Part shown: positions 27,300 through 40,359 of the stretch, one piece after another
Layout of the letters: every line of letters begins with the position of its first letter
Position numbering within the stretch: the first letter of the stretch is position 1
Assembly: GCA_964016885.1 (NCBI GenBank)
Contig: OZ024743.1
Span: 183,954,001 to 184,018,000, forward strand
DNA length: 64,000 nucleotides
DNA from: Eledone cirrhosa
Lineage: Eukaryota
Direction: 5' to 3'
Notes under the pieces: model-generated
The model's input: the letters and a program-made list of their open reading frames with translations, nothing else
Database searches by the model: none
What the model was told of the DNA's origin: nothing
Made by a program: the position numbers and the translations under genes

Positions 27300-28560
27300 A
27301 CAAACCAAGTAATACAAAATGGTGTCGTACCAAATGACTGGTGTAGCATCATCATCAACTGCTATAAGGGCAAAGGAGATGCTCAAGACAGAGATAACTA
27401 TAGCGGCTTCAAGTTGATGAACCATGTCATGAAGGTCTCAGAAATAGTTATTGTGCAGTTGATTAGGAACTGATTTGGATTTGTACCACGTCAAAATTCC
27501 ATTGAAGCTCTCTTCCTTGTGCGACAACTAAAGGAGAAGTACCTAGCTAAAGATAAACCTTGCTACTTTGCATTTGTTTACCTAGAGAAAGCTATTGACA
27601 GAGTCCTCTGTTACATAATCTGGTTGGTTCTTAGAAAACTAGATGTAGATGAGTGGCTTGTGAAGGCAGTACAAGACATGAATAGAGGAGCAGTCAGCAA
27701 AGTTAAAATTAACAATTACTAAAATGAAGAATTTAGCATGCAGGTAGGAGTCCATCAAGGCTCTGTTCTTAGCCTTCTCTTGTTTATTATTGTCCTGCAG
27801 GCTATAACAGAAGACTCGCTACTCATGGGAACTCCTGTATGCAAATGATCTAACCATTGTATCTGAATTGATGGCAGAATTAGAGAAGAAATTCCAAACC
27901 TGGAAGCATAGCCTAGAATCAAAAAGTCTTGAAGTCAACTTGGCAAAGACTAAAGTTCTAGTAAGTAGAATGGAAAGCAGGGCCCAGATCCCCTCAAGGA
28001 AATGGCTTTGCTCAGTGTGCAGGAAAGGAGTAGGTAGAAATTCCATCGTATGTTCCAATACAAAACTATAGGTATACAAGAGATGTAGTCAGATTACAGG
28101 CAGGCTAGCAAAGAATGTAGGTTTTGTATGTGGTCGATGCACAAGAGAAGTAAGTAGCAACAGCTCACAAGAAATAAGCTCCTTTAAAAGCCCAGAAGGT
28201 TCCATACATAGAAGTACTTGATAGTTTCTGTTACCTAGGGGACCAAATCAACAGGGGAGGTGGATGTTCTAAATGTATAGAGTGAGAATGGAATAGAAAA
28301 AGTTTAGGGAGCTACAAAAACTACTAGCTATAAAAAATTTTTTTCCCTCAAAATGAAAGGTAGATTGTATGAGGCTCGTGTACGAACAGAAATGCTGCAT
28401 GGAAGTGAGACCTGGGCTATATGTGCCAAGAACCAATGAATATTGGAAAAAATGAAGCTTACATGCTCCAGTGGATGTGTAACAGTAGTGTGCATGAATG
28501 ACAAAGCATCAATTAGCTGAGAGAGAAACTGGGCATAAGAGGGGTCAGATGCAGTGCCTT
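27300..28560 (+). mobile_element. Decayed RTE LINE fragment
   Basis: NCYKGKGDA, QLKEKYLAK, EKAIDRV and CSVCRKGVGRNS motifs with stops and deletions. Confidence 0.88.
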
Positions 28561-29464
28561 CAAATTGTATCCTATAAATTGGAGAATAGTGTGAACAGCG
28601 ATAGAAAGTGTAGCTTTTCCTTTGACAATAACAAAAACCAAATAAATTTCAGTGCAAAAGTAAATGATAAAGTAGAAAATCAAACTTTCCAGTTGTTGTT
28701 TTCCTGTTTCTTCTACAACAACTACAACGGTACGCGATGGGGCCCACCCACAGACCCGGCGGACAGAATGGAGAAGGCGTTTTCCCGGAGGATGGCAAGG
28801 GAGAGGCGCTGGAAAAGCCATTCCAGCTCGCGGGGCTCACACCTGTGACTGGCCAGCTCAGCGCCTATGGTGGTGAGTAAGGAGGTAGCCCTAGAGCTGT
28901 CCTTATGTCATGTTTTGATGGTAATTCTTTTGCAATGCAATCACAAAACTAGTTATAAAATATCTTATGAATTAAAAAAATAGCGAAACCTTTAAACTCA
29001 CTCCAGGGAGTTGAATTGTCATGCAACATGTCGCACAATGAATGTGTATGAGGGGATCATATGAACAAGGAGACAGATGACAAGAGTAGCCATAAATGTC
29101 AGCCTAAAGTAAACTTATTTATAACTCCATGTGACTGAAAAGTTGTGGAAATACTTTGTAATAAACTGTAAAGATAAAAACACTGTCTGAGCAAAGTGAG
29201 GTTTGGGCTGAAATCTGCACCAAACAATAATGGCAGTAGTCCTAAAAACAATATTAGGAAAGAAGAATAGGAAAAAGGGGGCCATGTATTCCTATATTGA
29301 TGATAATCTGGGTAAATGATATATGGTGGTAGCAGAAGAGGTGAGAGGTCACCTTAAAAACTATGGATTGAACACAGAGTCATCAGAAGCATTGGAAGAT
29401 TGGATCGATGCTGGGACCAAAATTAAGATTTATGGTCCTCCCAGTCCCTATACCATACCTATCA

Positions 29465-29735
<271 letters not shown>

Positions 29736-29921
29736 GTGCAGATGCCACAGTAAAATGCACCTGAAACACCCTATAGAGAGTGGGTGTTTATGTAAGCAAT
29801 ATGTGGTCCTAGGCCCATAAGAGAGGTCAGTAGCTACTTTGTCTGACTTTCTCTGCAATGACCAGTCCACCTCTTGCTAGCAGAGAAAACAGATGTTAAA
29901 TGATGATGATGATATACAAAC

Positions 29922-30108
29922 CTTTCTCGGGTTTATATTCCACTAATTCCTCATCATTTTGAAGATCAGTGATGATACGAACCCCTATCTGCTCATTACC
30001 AATGGGGTTTTCCACACCATCATGATGTTCATTTTCTTTCTTTTCTTCATTGTTTTCTTCCACCGGTTTTTTCAACAGCAATGAAGTGACCAGAGAGAGA
30101 ATAACAAT
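29922..30108 (-). CDS. Polycystin-1-like gene exon
   Basis: AG at 30110-30109, GT at 29921-29920; encodes IVILSLVTSLLLKKP then an acidic loop; phase 0/1. Confidence 0.88.
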
Positions 30109-30288
30109 CTGTAAATAAATGACCAACAGTTGGACCAAAATAATAACTGAAGCGAACTGTCAGGAGACTGTGTATACGGAATCTCATTGTAGTGATCTTA
30201 TTGGTAGTTTAAAATTATGCCTAGTGAATACTTTGGTTTTACCTTCGTTTGTACAGATATATTAACAGGTGTAACACCCCAGTTTAAC

Positions 30289-30425
30289 AATAATTGTTTC
30301 TACTTTAGGCACAAGGCCAGCAATTACCCAGTGCATTACTGGTACTTTATTTTATCGACCCTGTAAGGATGAAAGGCAAAGTCAACCTCGGCGGGATTTG
30401 AACTCAGATCGTAAAGGGACGTAAC
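30289..30425 (-). mobile_element. tRNA-derived SINE, 5'-truncated
   Basis: Near-identical to 48762-48900, including the GAGTTCAAATCC B-box. Confidence 0.8.
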
Positions 30426-30659
30426 TATAACCCCAGTATAACAATAATGAATTACAAGTTGCTTTTGTGTTACAATTTTAATGAGGGGAAATAAGCAATA
30501 TTTGTACACTACATGATATGTGTGGAGATGTTATGATATGAAGAGTTAGAGAAAATAAACCGTGTGAATTGTGATATATTTCAAGCCTATAAACATGAAG
30601 GAGAGAGAGACAGGTTTCTCTACTTTTATTTATGCAGCTACTATCTTCCATACATATCA

Positions 30660-32215
30660 CATGTCTATACTAATGCAGTCTTCTCTCTTGCACACTATAT
30701 CTAATTCCTTTTAAACCAAGTTTTCCATCACTTTGCTTATGCTAAGCTGCTAATGCACACTAACACTACACATCCATCAGAGCATACTTGACTCATTTCT
30801 TTCTAGCCTCCACAGGTCTTCTGCAGTCAAGGCCCATGTTTCACTGTCATGTAGCATTGCAGTTCACACATAGGCATCATACAGTCTACCCATTTCTCTC
30901 AGAGGGAAGCCTTTTGTAGTTAGCAGCAGTAACAGCTCTCTAAACTTTTTCCAACCTGTTCTTATCCTAGCTATCACATTTTTGACACATCCTCACCCAC
31001 AGCTAATCTAATCACTTAGGTAATAAAAGCTGTCAACTACTTCTAAGGAGCTTCCCTGTAAACTGAAAGAATCTATTTTACATCTGCTATTTGTGCTTCC
31101 TTCTCCTGTGCATCTGCCACATATAAAGTCTGTTTTTTCTGTTAACCTACCTGCAATCCTCTTACATCTCTTGTACGTCCATAAATTACACTCGTACACC
31201 TTATGAAATTACTGCTCACCCCTTTCTGACATATGGAACAAGGCCACTTTCCTGATGGTATCACACTCTTGCCTTCTTTCCTACTTATTAAGATTTTTGT
31301 CTTTGTTAAGTTTACTTTTAGGCTTTTCAAATCCAGGTTCTTCTTCCGTGCTTGAAATATTTTCTTCAAACTCTCTATATGTCATTAACATATAGAAGCT
31401 CACATAGAGTGCCATTTTAAAACTCCTCAGTGATGGACTGAAAGACAATGATAAATAGGAGTGGACAGAGGACTGGTGGAGCCCCACCTGCACTTCAAAT
31501 TCATTACTATTTATTGCCAATTCTCACTCAACTGGTTGTTCCTCTGTAGATAACTTGCATGGCCCTCACAAGCCATTCATCTACACCTAGCTTCCTAAGT
31601 GCTCATCAGATTACAGAACATGGGACCCTGCCGAAGCCTTCTCCAGATCTATAAATGGTAGATACAGTGGCTTATTCTTTGCTAAGTACCTCTCCTGTAG
31701 TTGTCTTACCAGAAAGAGAGCATCAATAGTACTCCTACCTAGCATAAATCCAAACTACATCTCATCTAACATGATTGTTTTCCTTATTAGTTGTGCATCG
31801 CCTTTGCTCTTGTAGCAATTTATGATAATACTGCTGTGCCAGTCATAGGGTATGACATCTGTATCACTTGATTACTATGCATTTGACTAGTTTGTATCCT
31901 ACCATGTCAGATGCTTTTAGTATCTCAGTGACTATACCAGATGGTCCAGCTGATTTCCCTAACTTCATGTTCTTCACTGCTTTATCAACTTTTATGGCTA
32001 GCTCCTCAGTTGGGTCTGCATGGGGTTGGACCTCACTATTCCATTTATTTTCCTTGTTCAGCAACCTCTCATAGCAAGTCTTCTATGCCTCTTTCTTTTC
32101 TGCATCAGACAGAGCAAGTGTTCCCCTATCATTTCAGACACACTTTTCCCCAACTACATCATGATTTTCTCTAGCATACAGTTTCGCAATCTTGAACAAT
32201 TCATGCTTTTGATGA
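30660..32215 (-). mobile_element. Decayed RTE LINE fragment
   Basis: GEKCV, GKSAGPSGI, PSGKWPCSICQKG and VVDSFYYL motifs. Confidence 0.88.
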
Positions 32216-32353
32216 TGTATCTTTGGTAAATTTGTGTCAGAAAAGATAAATATTAAATACAATATGTAAATAGTTGTAGCTTCATAACAAAACTCACTAA
32301 AGCAAGATTTCACAACACTTTCATTCATCACCTTGTGGCAAATAAAAGCATTG

Positions 32354-32403
<50 letters not shown>

Positions 32404-32451
32404 TAAACATCCAAGAAGGAGGTCTACTGGATGTCAGAAAGAAGCACATAC

Positions 32452-33391
32452 CTTAGTTGGCTGTATTACTGTGATACTTTCTCCCAGTGACATAAACATG
32501 GCAGTCAACCAAGCATTGGATTTTTCTTTACCCCATTCCATGCTATAGGAAAAGGTTAAAAAGGCAGATGTTCCAATGCTGGCAACAACCAACAGCCAGC
32601 CGATGTAGACGCAACCATGAGGCAGGCTGGTTTTTGAACATATTGGTTGTTTCTTCAAAGATGTATTAGTTTGTTTGCTGCTGCTGTTGCTGTTATAAGG
32701 TTCCATCCTGGAATCCATTCTGATGTTTGAACACTGTGATGGCAAGCGATAACCTGGTGATAAAGCCCGAAATTGTTTTGGAGTGTCTTCATATGGAGCT
32801 GTCGGTGTTCTGGGGCACAATGCTGAACCACTCCTGAACTGGTCAGGTGTTTTAACATTCAACCTACTATTAGTTGTCTCAAGTGAAATATCTGGAGTGT
32901 TTAAGCTGGTGAGGTTAGATGGCTGTTTCACCGGTTTGCGTGGATTACCCCAGATGCTGCTGACTACATTGCTTTTGGGTCTACTTTTCCTGAATAGCTG
33001 GTCAATAACAATATTAACAGGAAGTACAATCAAACAGCTGACAAAGCTGATATACAGAGCCTGTAAATTTATTGTCACCAACCCTATAGCGATGTCATAT
33101 TTTCTTTTTGTAGCTTCTGAACCGGTTTTGAAAAACATAGCATTGGCAAGCATAGTCATTAGTACCATAGATAGTATGGAAGAAATTCGCTGTACACGGG
33201 TAAAATTGCTGCGAGTTGGACGTAAGAAAACAGACAACCAAAGATGGTCATCAGAGAAACTCTTGTGAGTTTTTGAGAAGAACAAATTCTGGAAAGTTGT
33301 GATATCTTGAGGTGCTGCCACTGGTAAAACACGTTCGATTAAACCATCATCATTCTCAACAGCCAACCAGCGGTTACATAAGAAAGTATAA
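32452..33391 (-). CDS. Polycystin-1-like gene exon (end of PLAT, TM2-TM5)
   Basis: AG at 33393-33392, GTATG at 32451; encodes FLCNRWLAVENDDG, DDHLWLSVF.RP.RSNFTRVQR and YSMEWG; phase 2/0. Confidence 0.95.
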
Positions 33392-34285
33392 CTGGTAAAA
33401 TAATAGAAAATAACAAACATCAGCAGCAATAACAACAACAGCAAAACTTAAAAAAAAACATTATTATAAAGCAGATTTTATATCTGTTATATCTTACTTT
33501 GCAACAAAACCACAGTTCAATGAGTTATTAGGTGATAGTCTAACACATATTTGTGTCAGTGTTTACTCAGGATTGGTTGAGCTATCGACAGCCAGTACAA
33601 CCACAGCATTACAAAATGAGGCCACTCATGCACAATGATTACAGACGTCCAAAGTGGATATTGTTAGCCAACCTTGATTCCAATGGCAGACACCAGATAT
33701 TAGCTCAACAGCTAACTTTAATGTGCCAGTCCACGTTTTGAACTGTCTGCCTCATTATTTATGCCATTCTGGGGGGGGGGGGGGGATTTGTATGACAGCA
33801 TTGTGGATGAGTTGCTCTTGAGGTTGTTGGAGTGCATGGCCAAACCAACAGAGGGGTGTTTCGAGTAGGAGCTGTTGGAGAGAATCAATTTGGCAGCAAC
33901 AATGAATTTCAAAGTTTGGCACAAAATCTAACATAGAAACATGGAAAATGTGACTAATCTAACAGAAATATAGTTGGCAGTGTCACTCAATATAGGCTAC
34001 CTTCTCAATGGCTCAATCTACTTAGCTGTAAGTACAAAAGGAGACTGAGTTCAATATTGTAAAACTGACAAGTATTTTGATAACTTGTAAAACTGAGTTA
34101 ACATTTTTCCTACTGGTAAAATCTTGCGATTAAATAATATTTATACAGGAAAGAGGTGGGTGCTTTTAAAATAGGACTTAAATAGCACACACTAGCTTTC
34201 AGTATATGAAGTGGATACAAAGAAAATATAATGTAAAAGTAGGGAAAACAAATAATTTAGATCAAATGGCAAAATCTGAGCGACA

Positions 34286-34743
34286 ATATTGGGGTATTGT
34301 CATCTAAAGATGAGTACTAGAGTAGCCTCATATTATCTTTTCAAGCCCAAACTAATAAAATATAATGTTAATTATACTGCATTTCCACTGTTTACAGAAG
34401 TAAGCTGTGTTTACAATGTAATACTTATTTACAGTTAGGTGTGTTGGTCATGTATCTATCCCAGCGATGAGTTATAAACTCTCAACAATTCAGGCATTGT
34501 ATTATTTCTACTAGATAGTAGTAATAATACAATGCCTGAATTGTTGAGAGTTTATAACTCATCGCTGGGATAGATACATGACCAACACACCTAACTGTAA
34601 ATAAGTATTACATTGTAAACACAGCTTACTTCTGTAAACAGTGGAAATGCAGTATAATTAACATTATATTTTATTAGTTTGGGCTTGAAAAGATAATATG
34701 AGGCTACTCTAGTACTCATCTTTAGATGACAATACCCCAATAT
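34286..34743. repeat. 458-bp near-perfect palindrome (228-bp arms, 2-nt loop)
   Basis: 34286-34513 is the reverse complement of 34516-34743; one T/T mismatch seen (34507/34522); loop GA. Confidence 0.95.
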
Positions 34744-34808
34744 ATAGGCAAATTAATTAGCTGTAAGCCTAGCAGTATATATATTTATATTATATATATG
34801 ATGATGGT

Positions 34809-34891
<83 letters not shown>

Positions 34892-36552
34892 ATATATATA
34901 TCAATTCCTTAATTCTATCGTATTCTATCTTAATTCTATCGTATCGTCCAATTCCTTAATTCTATCGTATTCTCAAACAAAAAACAAAATCCTTCCCATT
35001 CTTAATTCTATCGTATCGTCCAATTCCTTAATTCTATCGTATTCTATCTTAATTCTATCGTATCGTCCAATTCCTTAATTCTATCGTATTCTCAAACAAA
35101 AAACAAAATCCTTCCCATTCTACTTCTTATAAATTACTTTAAATATATCTGTTAGAACACGAAAAGTGTGAAACAACAGAATGTTCACTTTTCGTGTTCT
35201 AACATATATGCCTAGCTTCTTTAAAAATTTTTCGGGGATAGCCGTGGTGGTGGTGATCGTATGTCATTGGCTAATTTTCAACCAATCAGAGTACCTCTCT
35301 CTATATCTCTTCCACTGTTACTTACGCCTGTTTCTCTCTATCTGTTCCGTCTCTATATATATCTCTTACTCTTTCGCTTTGCACTCCTCCCCTTCAATAC
35401 CATCTCTCCCCCTCTCTATATATTTGTTACTCTATCGCTGCACGCTCCTCTCCTTCAATATATCAATTACACACGCTTTACACTCCTTTATCCCCAGCGC
35501 CCCTATATATACCCCCCCCCTCTCCCGCATCTATATTTTAATGTACCGTTGCACCGTGAATATATGTGTCTATATATATATACATATATATTGTATATAC
35601 ACATTCATGTATGTGTATACACACTCATGTATGTATATACACTGGTTTTATGTGTGTATTGTAAATTTGTACTGTTAAAACACGAAACTAACATTCGATT
35701 GACACTTTGATTACCTGTACAGGCAATAGTTATTAGAATGCTGTTGAAGTGTGTATATATTTTTGGGGGAGATCCTGTATATACACACATTATATATAAT
35801 ACAATAAACAAATAAATACACACATATATATATGAGCTTATTTAATTATAAATATTGTGAATTTTTAACTCAGTTCAATTATATATATAAATGGCTTCTA
35901 CAGGACTAGAACTGTTTCATTCGAAAGAAATCATCATAATATTGAGAGGGGGAACTAGATAAAATATTTCAAATCAAATGTGTATAAGTTATAAGTTAAA
36001 ATGTATAAATAGAGACGATAGTGGAGGTATATCTGTTTAGTGGAACAGTAGACGATAGAATTAAATACAGACGATAATCTCCCTTTAATGAAACAGCAGA
36101 CGATAGAATTAAGGCAATTTAAATTTTAAGCATTTGCATTTTTGCCTTTCATCGTTACGGGGTCGATAAAATAAAGTACCAGTAATACACTGTCACTAGA
36201 CGACTTTCAAATTGAATTGTTGGTTCCATTTCTTTAGTATTTTCAATTGTAGTTATCTACTTAAAAAGCGTTACACGGTTAGAGACATAATTCGTAAGTT
36301 ATATCTTCCCTATTAAACCATTGCATTATTTCGCCTACAATAGAACAAAAATGAAATGTTCTTTAAAGAAACAGGAATATAACTTTATAAAAAAAAAAGT
36401 TGCATCCGCTTCTGTTATCATTGATAATTTTTTCGTTTTAATATTAATTGTTTTTTGTAGTTGTTTATATTAAAAATCTTACTGTAATATTTACTTAAAC
36501 GAAGGCAAACATCTAAACTTATAGATTAATCTTGAGCGAAGGACTAGATAAA

Positions 36553-36601
<49 letters not shown>

Positions 36602-36984
36602 GAAGAATGATAAAATTTCAAGCAAAGAGTTTAATTAGGTATATTTTGTAATATTATTAACTAATTATTATAATTAACGCGCATATTTTGCTATCCTCAA
36701 ACACGTTTACACATGGCATGAAATATAACTAATCCGAGATGGCGAGGTTTCATCTTCTAACTGGATATACGAAATCCATTATGTCTTGACAACAACATGA
36801 GGTAACATTATGTTATTCACAGACACACTTTGTACACTGTTCCATATCAGAATGTATTTCCTTCGTCACATTCACAAACAGTATTGAAAATATGTTCTTC
36901 GGCAAATAAAAATGTTTTGTTCATAATATTTCAACTAGCGATTGCTCTACTCCACGCACGACCACCATAAATTAATGACCAGCT

Positions 36985-37165
36985 CAACACAAGTATTGGT
37001 AGAGCGTCAGACACCATGCTTTGCAGTATTGTTATGGTCCTTTGCATTCTAAGTTCAAATCCTGCCGAGGTTAACTTCGACTTTCATACTTACTAATTCG
37101 ATAAAATAAAGTACCAGTAATGGACTGCCGTAATGGATTTGTGCCGAAAAATAGAAGCACTATTA
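36985..37165 (+). mobile_element. tRNA-derived SINE inside the Helitron
   Basis: TGGTAGAGCG A-box, GTTCAAATCC B-box and CGATAAAATAAAGTACCAG core. Confidence 0.72.
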
Positions 37166-37716
37166 ATGTGCAATAAGAGCAAAATATAACGACATTGCTC
37201 AATTATTTTATCTAATGTTGTAATAACACAAGGAAATGTTGTTTGTGTATTTTTTTTTTATATTTGCTCATAGGCTTTTACAATTTCGCTCAGCCAACAA
37301 CTATTAAAAAGTGAGTTGCTTAAGATAACAATTTAATCACAAATTGTTGCTATCTTTTAATACACTCCAACAAGTCATCAAATTATGTACAATAAAAACA
37401 AATCTTATTAATTTGCTCAGGGAATATAAAGAAAATGTATATACACTGATAATTGCAATTGTATGTAAATATTTTGTTTTTGTATTGTATATTTTATGTT
37501 TTCTATTATGTATAATATATTGATTTAATATTGATTGTTTTTTGTAGTTGTTTATATTAAAAGTCTGAAAATATTTTTATACATCTTACACTAATATTTA
37601 TAAGATAATTTATAATAACAATTACATAATCTAATTACATTACAACGATAATTTATTATTAATATATATCCTGTTTAACTAGAGTTATTACAAGCGTTGC
37701 CTTAAAAAAATATTAA

Positions 37717-38673
37717 ACTAGACATGAAAAATGCGCAAGCTCAAAAGTGCCACAGAATGTTATAATAAACCTTCAAAAGTGTGGGACTAGAGTTGTTGCT
37801 AAAAAATATTGTAATCATTATATATCGTACATTCTGTGGCATCCTTTATAAAAATAGCTTAAACCAACGAAGCCTTTATTTTTACGCTATTTCACTTAGT
37901 TAATTCTTAGAGTGTAACATATAAAAATAAATACATCTATGTTTAATGTAATAACAGCTATAAATAATTACGTAATATTATTATCATATACTCATAGTAA
38001 CAAAATAATTGTGTTGAAACTTAATATGATGCTTATATGAACGATCAAATCTATAATGATAATTTCTTAAATATACTAATAGTAAAATAATTTAGTTATC
38101 TATTGTTACATTTTCATAGAACTATAATATTAACAATCGTATTGCATTATCAAATTTTTATCACTACAAACTTTCATATTGGAATTACCTTAAGCCACTT
38201 ATTATTACTTCGCTTTCGTACTTTTACAACTGTAGATATTGCGCTGTATCTTATATCTAATATCAATATCTCGTGGTAATTTGCATGAAGTGTAAAATAG
38301 GTTTATTAATAACTTTAATATGAAATGTATTATACAGGGCTGCGGAGTCGGCCAAAAATTGACTGGCTCCAACTCAGGATCCGATACTCCATTATTTCCT
38401 AAATTTCAGCTCCGCAGCTCTGTTATTATATTAATTAATTTATTTTATAGTTGTAAATCATATTTTTATATGTTACACTCTAAGAATTAACTAAGTGAAA
38501 TAGCGTAAAAATAAAGGCTTCGTTGGTTTAAGCTATTTTTATAAAGGATGCCACAGAATGTACGATATATAATGATTACAATATTTTTTAGCAACAACTC
38601 TAGTCCCACACTTTTGAAGGTTTATTATAACATTCTGTGGCACTTTTGAGCTTGCGCATTTTTCATGTCTAGT
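37717..38673. repeat. 213-bp inverted repeat with a 531-bp spacer
   Basis: 37717-37929 is the reverse complement of 38461-38673; no mismatch seen. Confidence 0.93.
38335..38422. mobile_element. 88-bp hAT-like MITE
   Basis: TIRs CAGGGCTGCGGAG / CTCCGCAGCTCTG; 8-bp TSD GTATTATA / TTATTATA (7 of 8 match). Confidence 0.7.
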
Positions 38674-40085
<1,412 letters not shown>

Positions 40086-40359
40086 GCTACCCCACACCCC
40101 TCCCACATTCTTAATACGTTGACCAATCATAAGCCAGAGCCCCCCCCCCCCCACGCATCACCATTATTATTATAAGCCAGATCCCCCCCCCCCCCACGCA
40201 TCACCATTATTATTATTACGCGGACCAATCATAAGCCAGAGGCCTATACTATCGCTTGCCCGGTTGCCCTCGATATATGATGGATGGATGGATGGATGGA
40301 CGGACTGCGGAATACTGGAGAGTGGAAGGGAGAGAAAAATCTGGACGCTCAGAGCGAAA

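Larger units (their letters stand above)
35148..38672 (+). mobile_element. Non-autonomous Helitron-type element, 3525 bp
   Basis: A|TC...CTAG|T ends; removing it restores AAATATATATATTATGCTAC exactly as at 39569-39588, with no TSD. Confidence 0.8.

Noticed and set aside
35895-35940. Second hammerhead on the minus strand (ATGATGA...GAAAC...GTC)
   Set aside because: The core C is replaced by A and stems I and II do not form; at most a dead relic.
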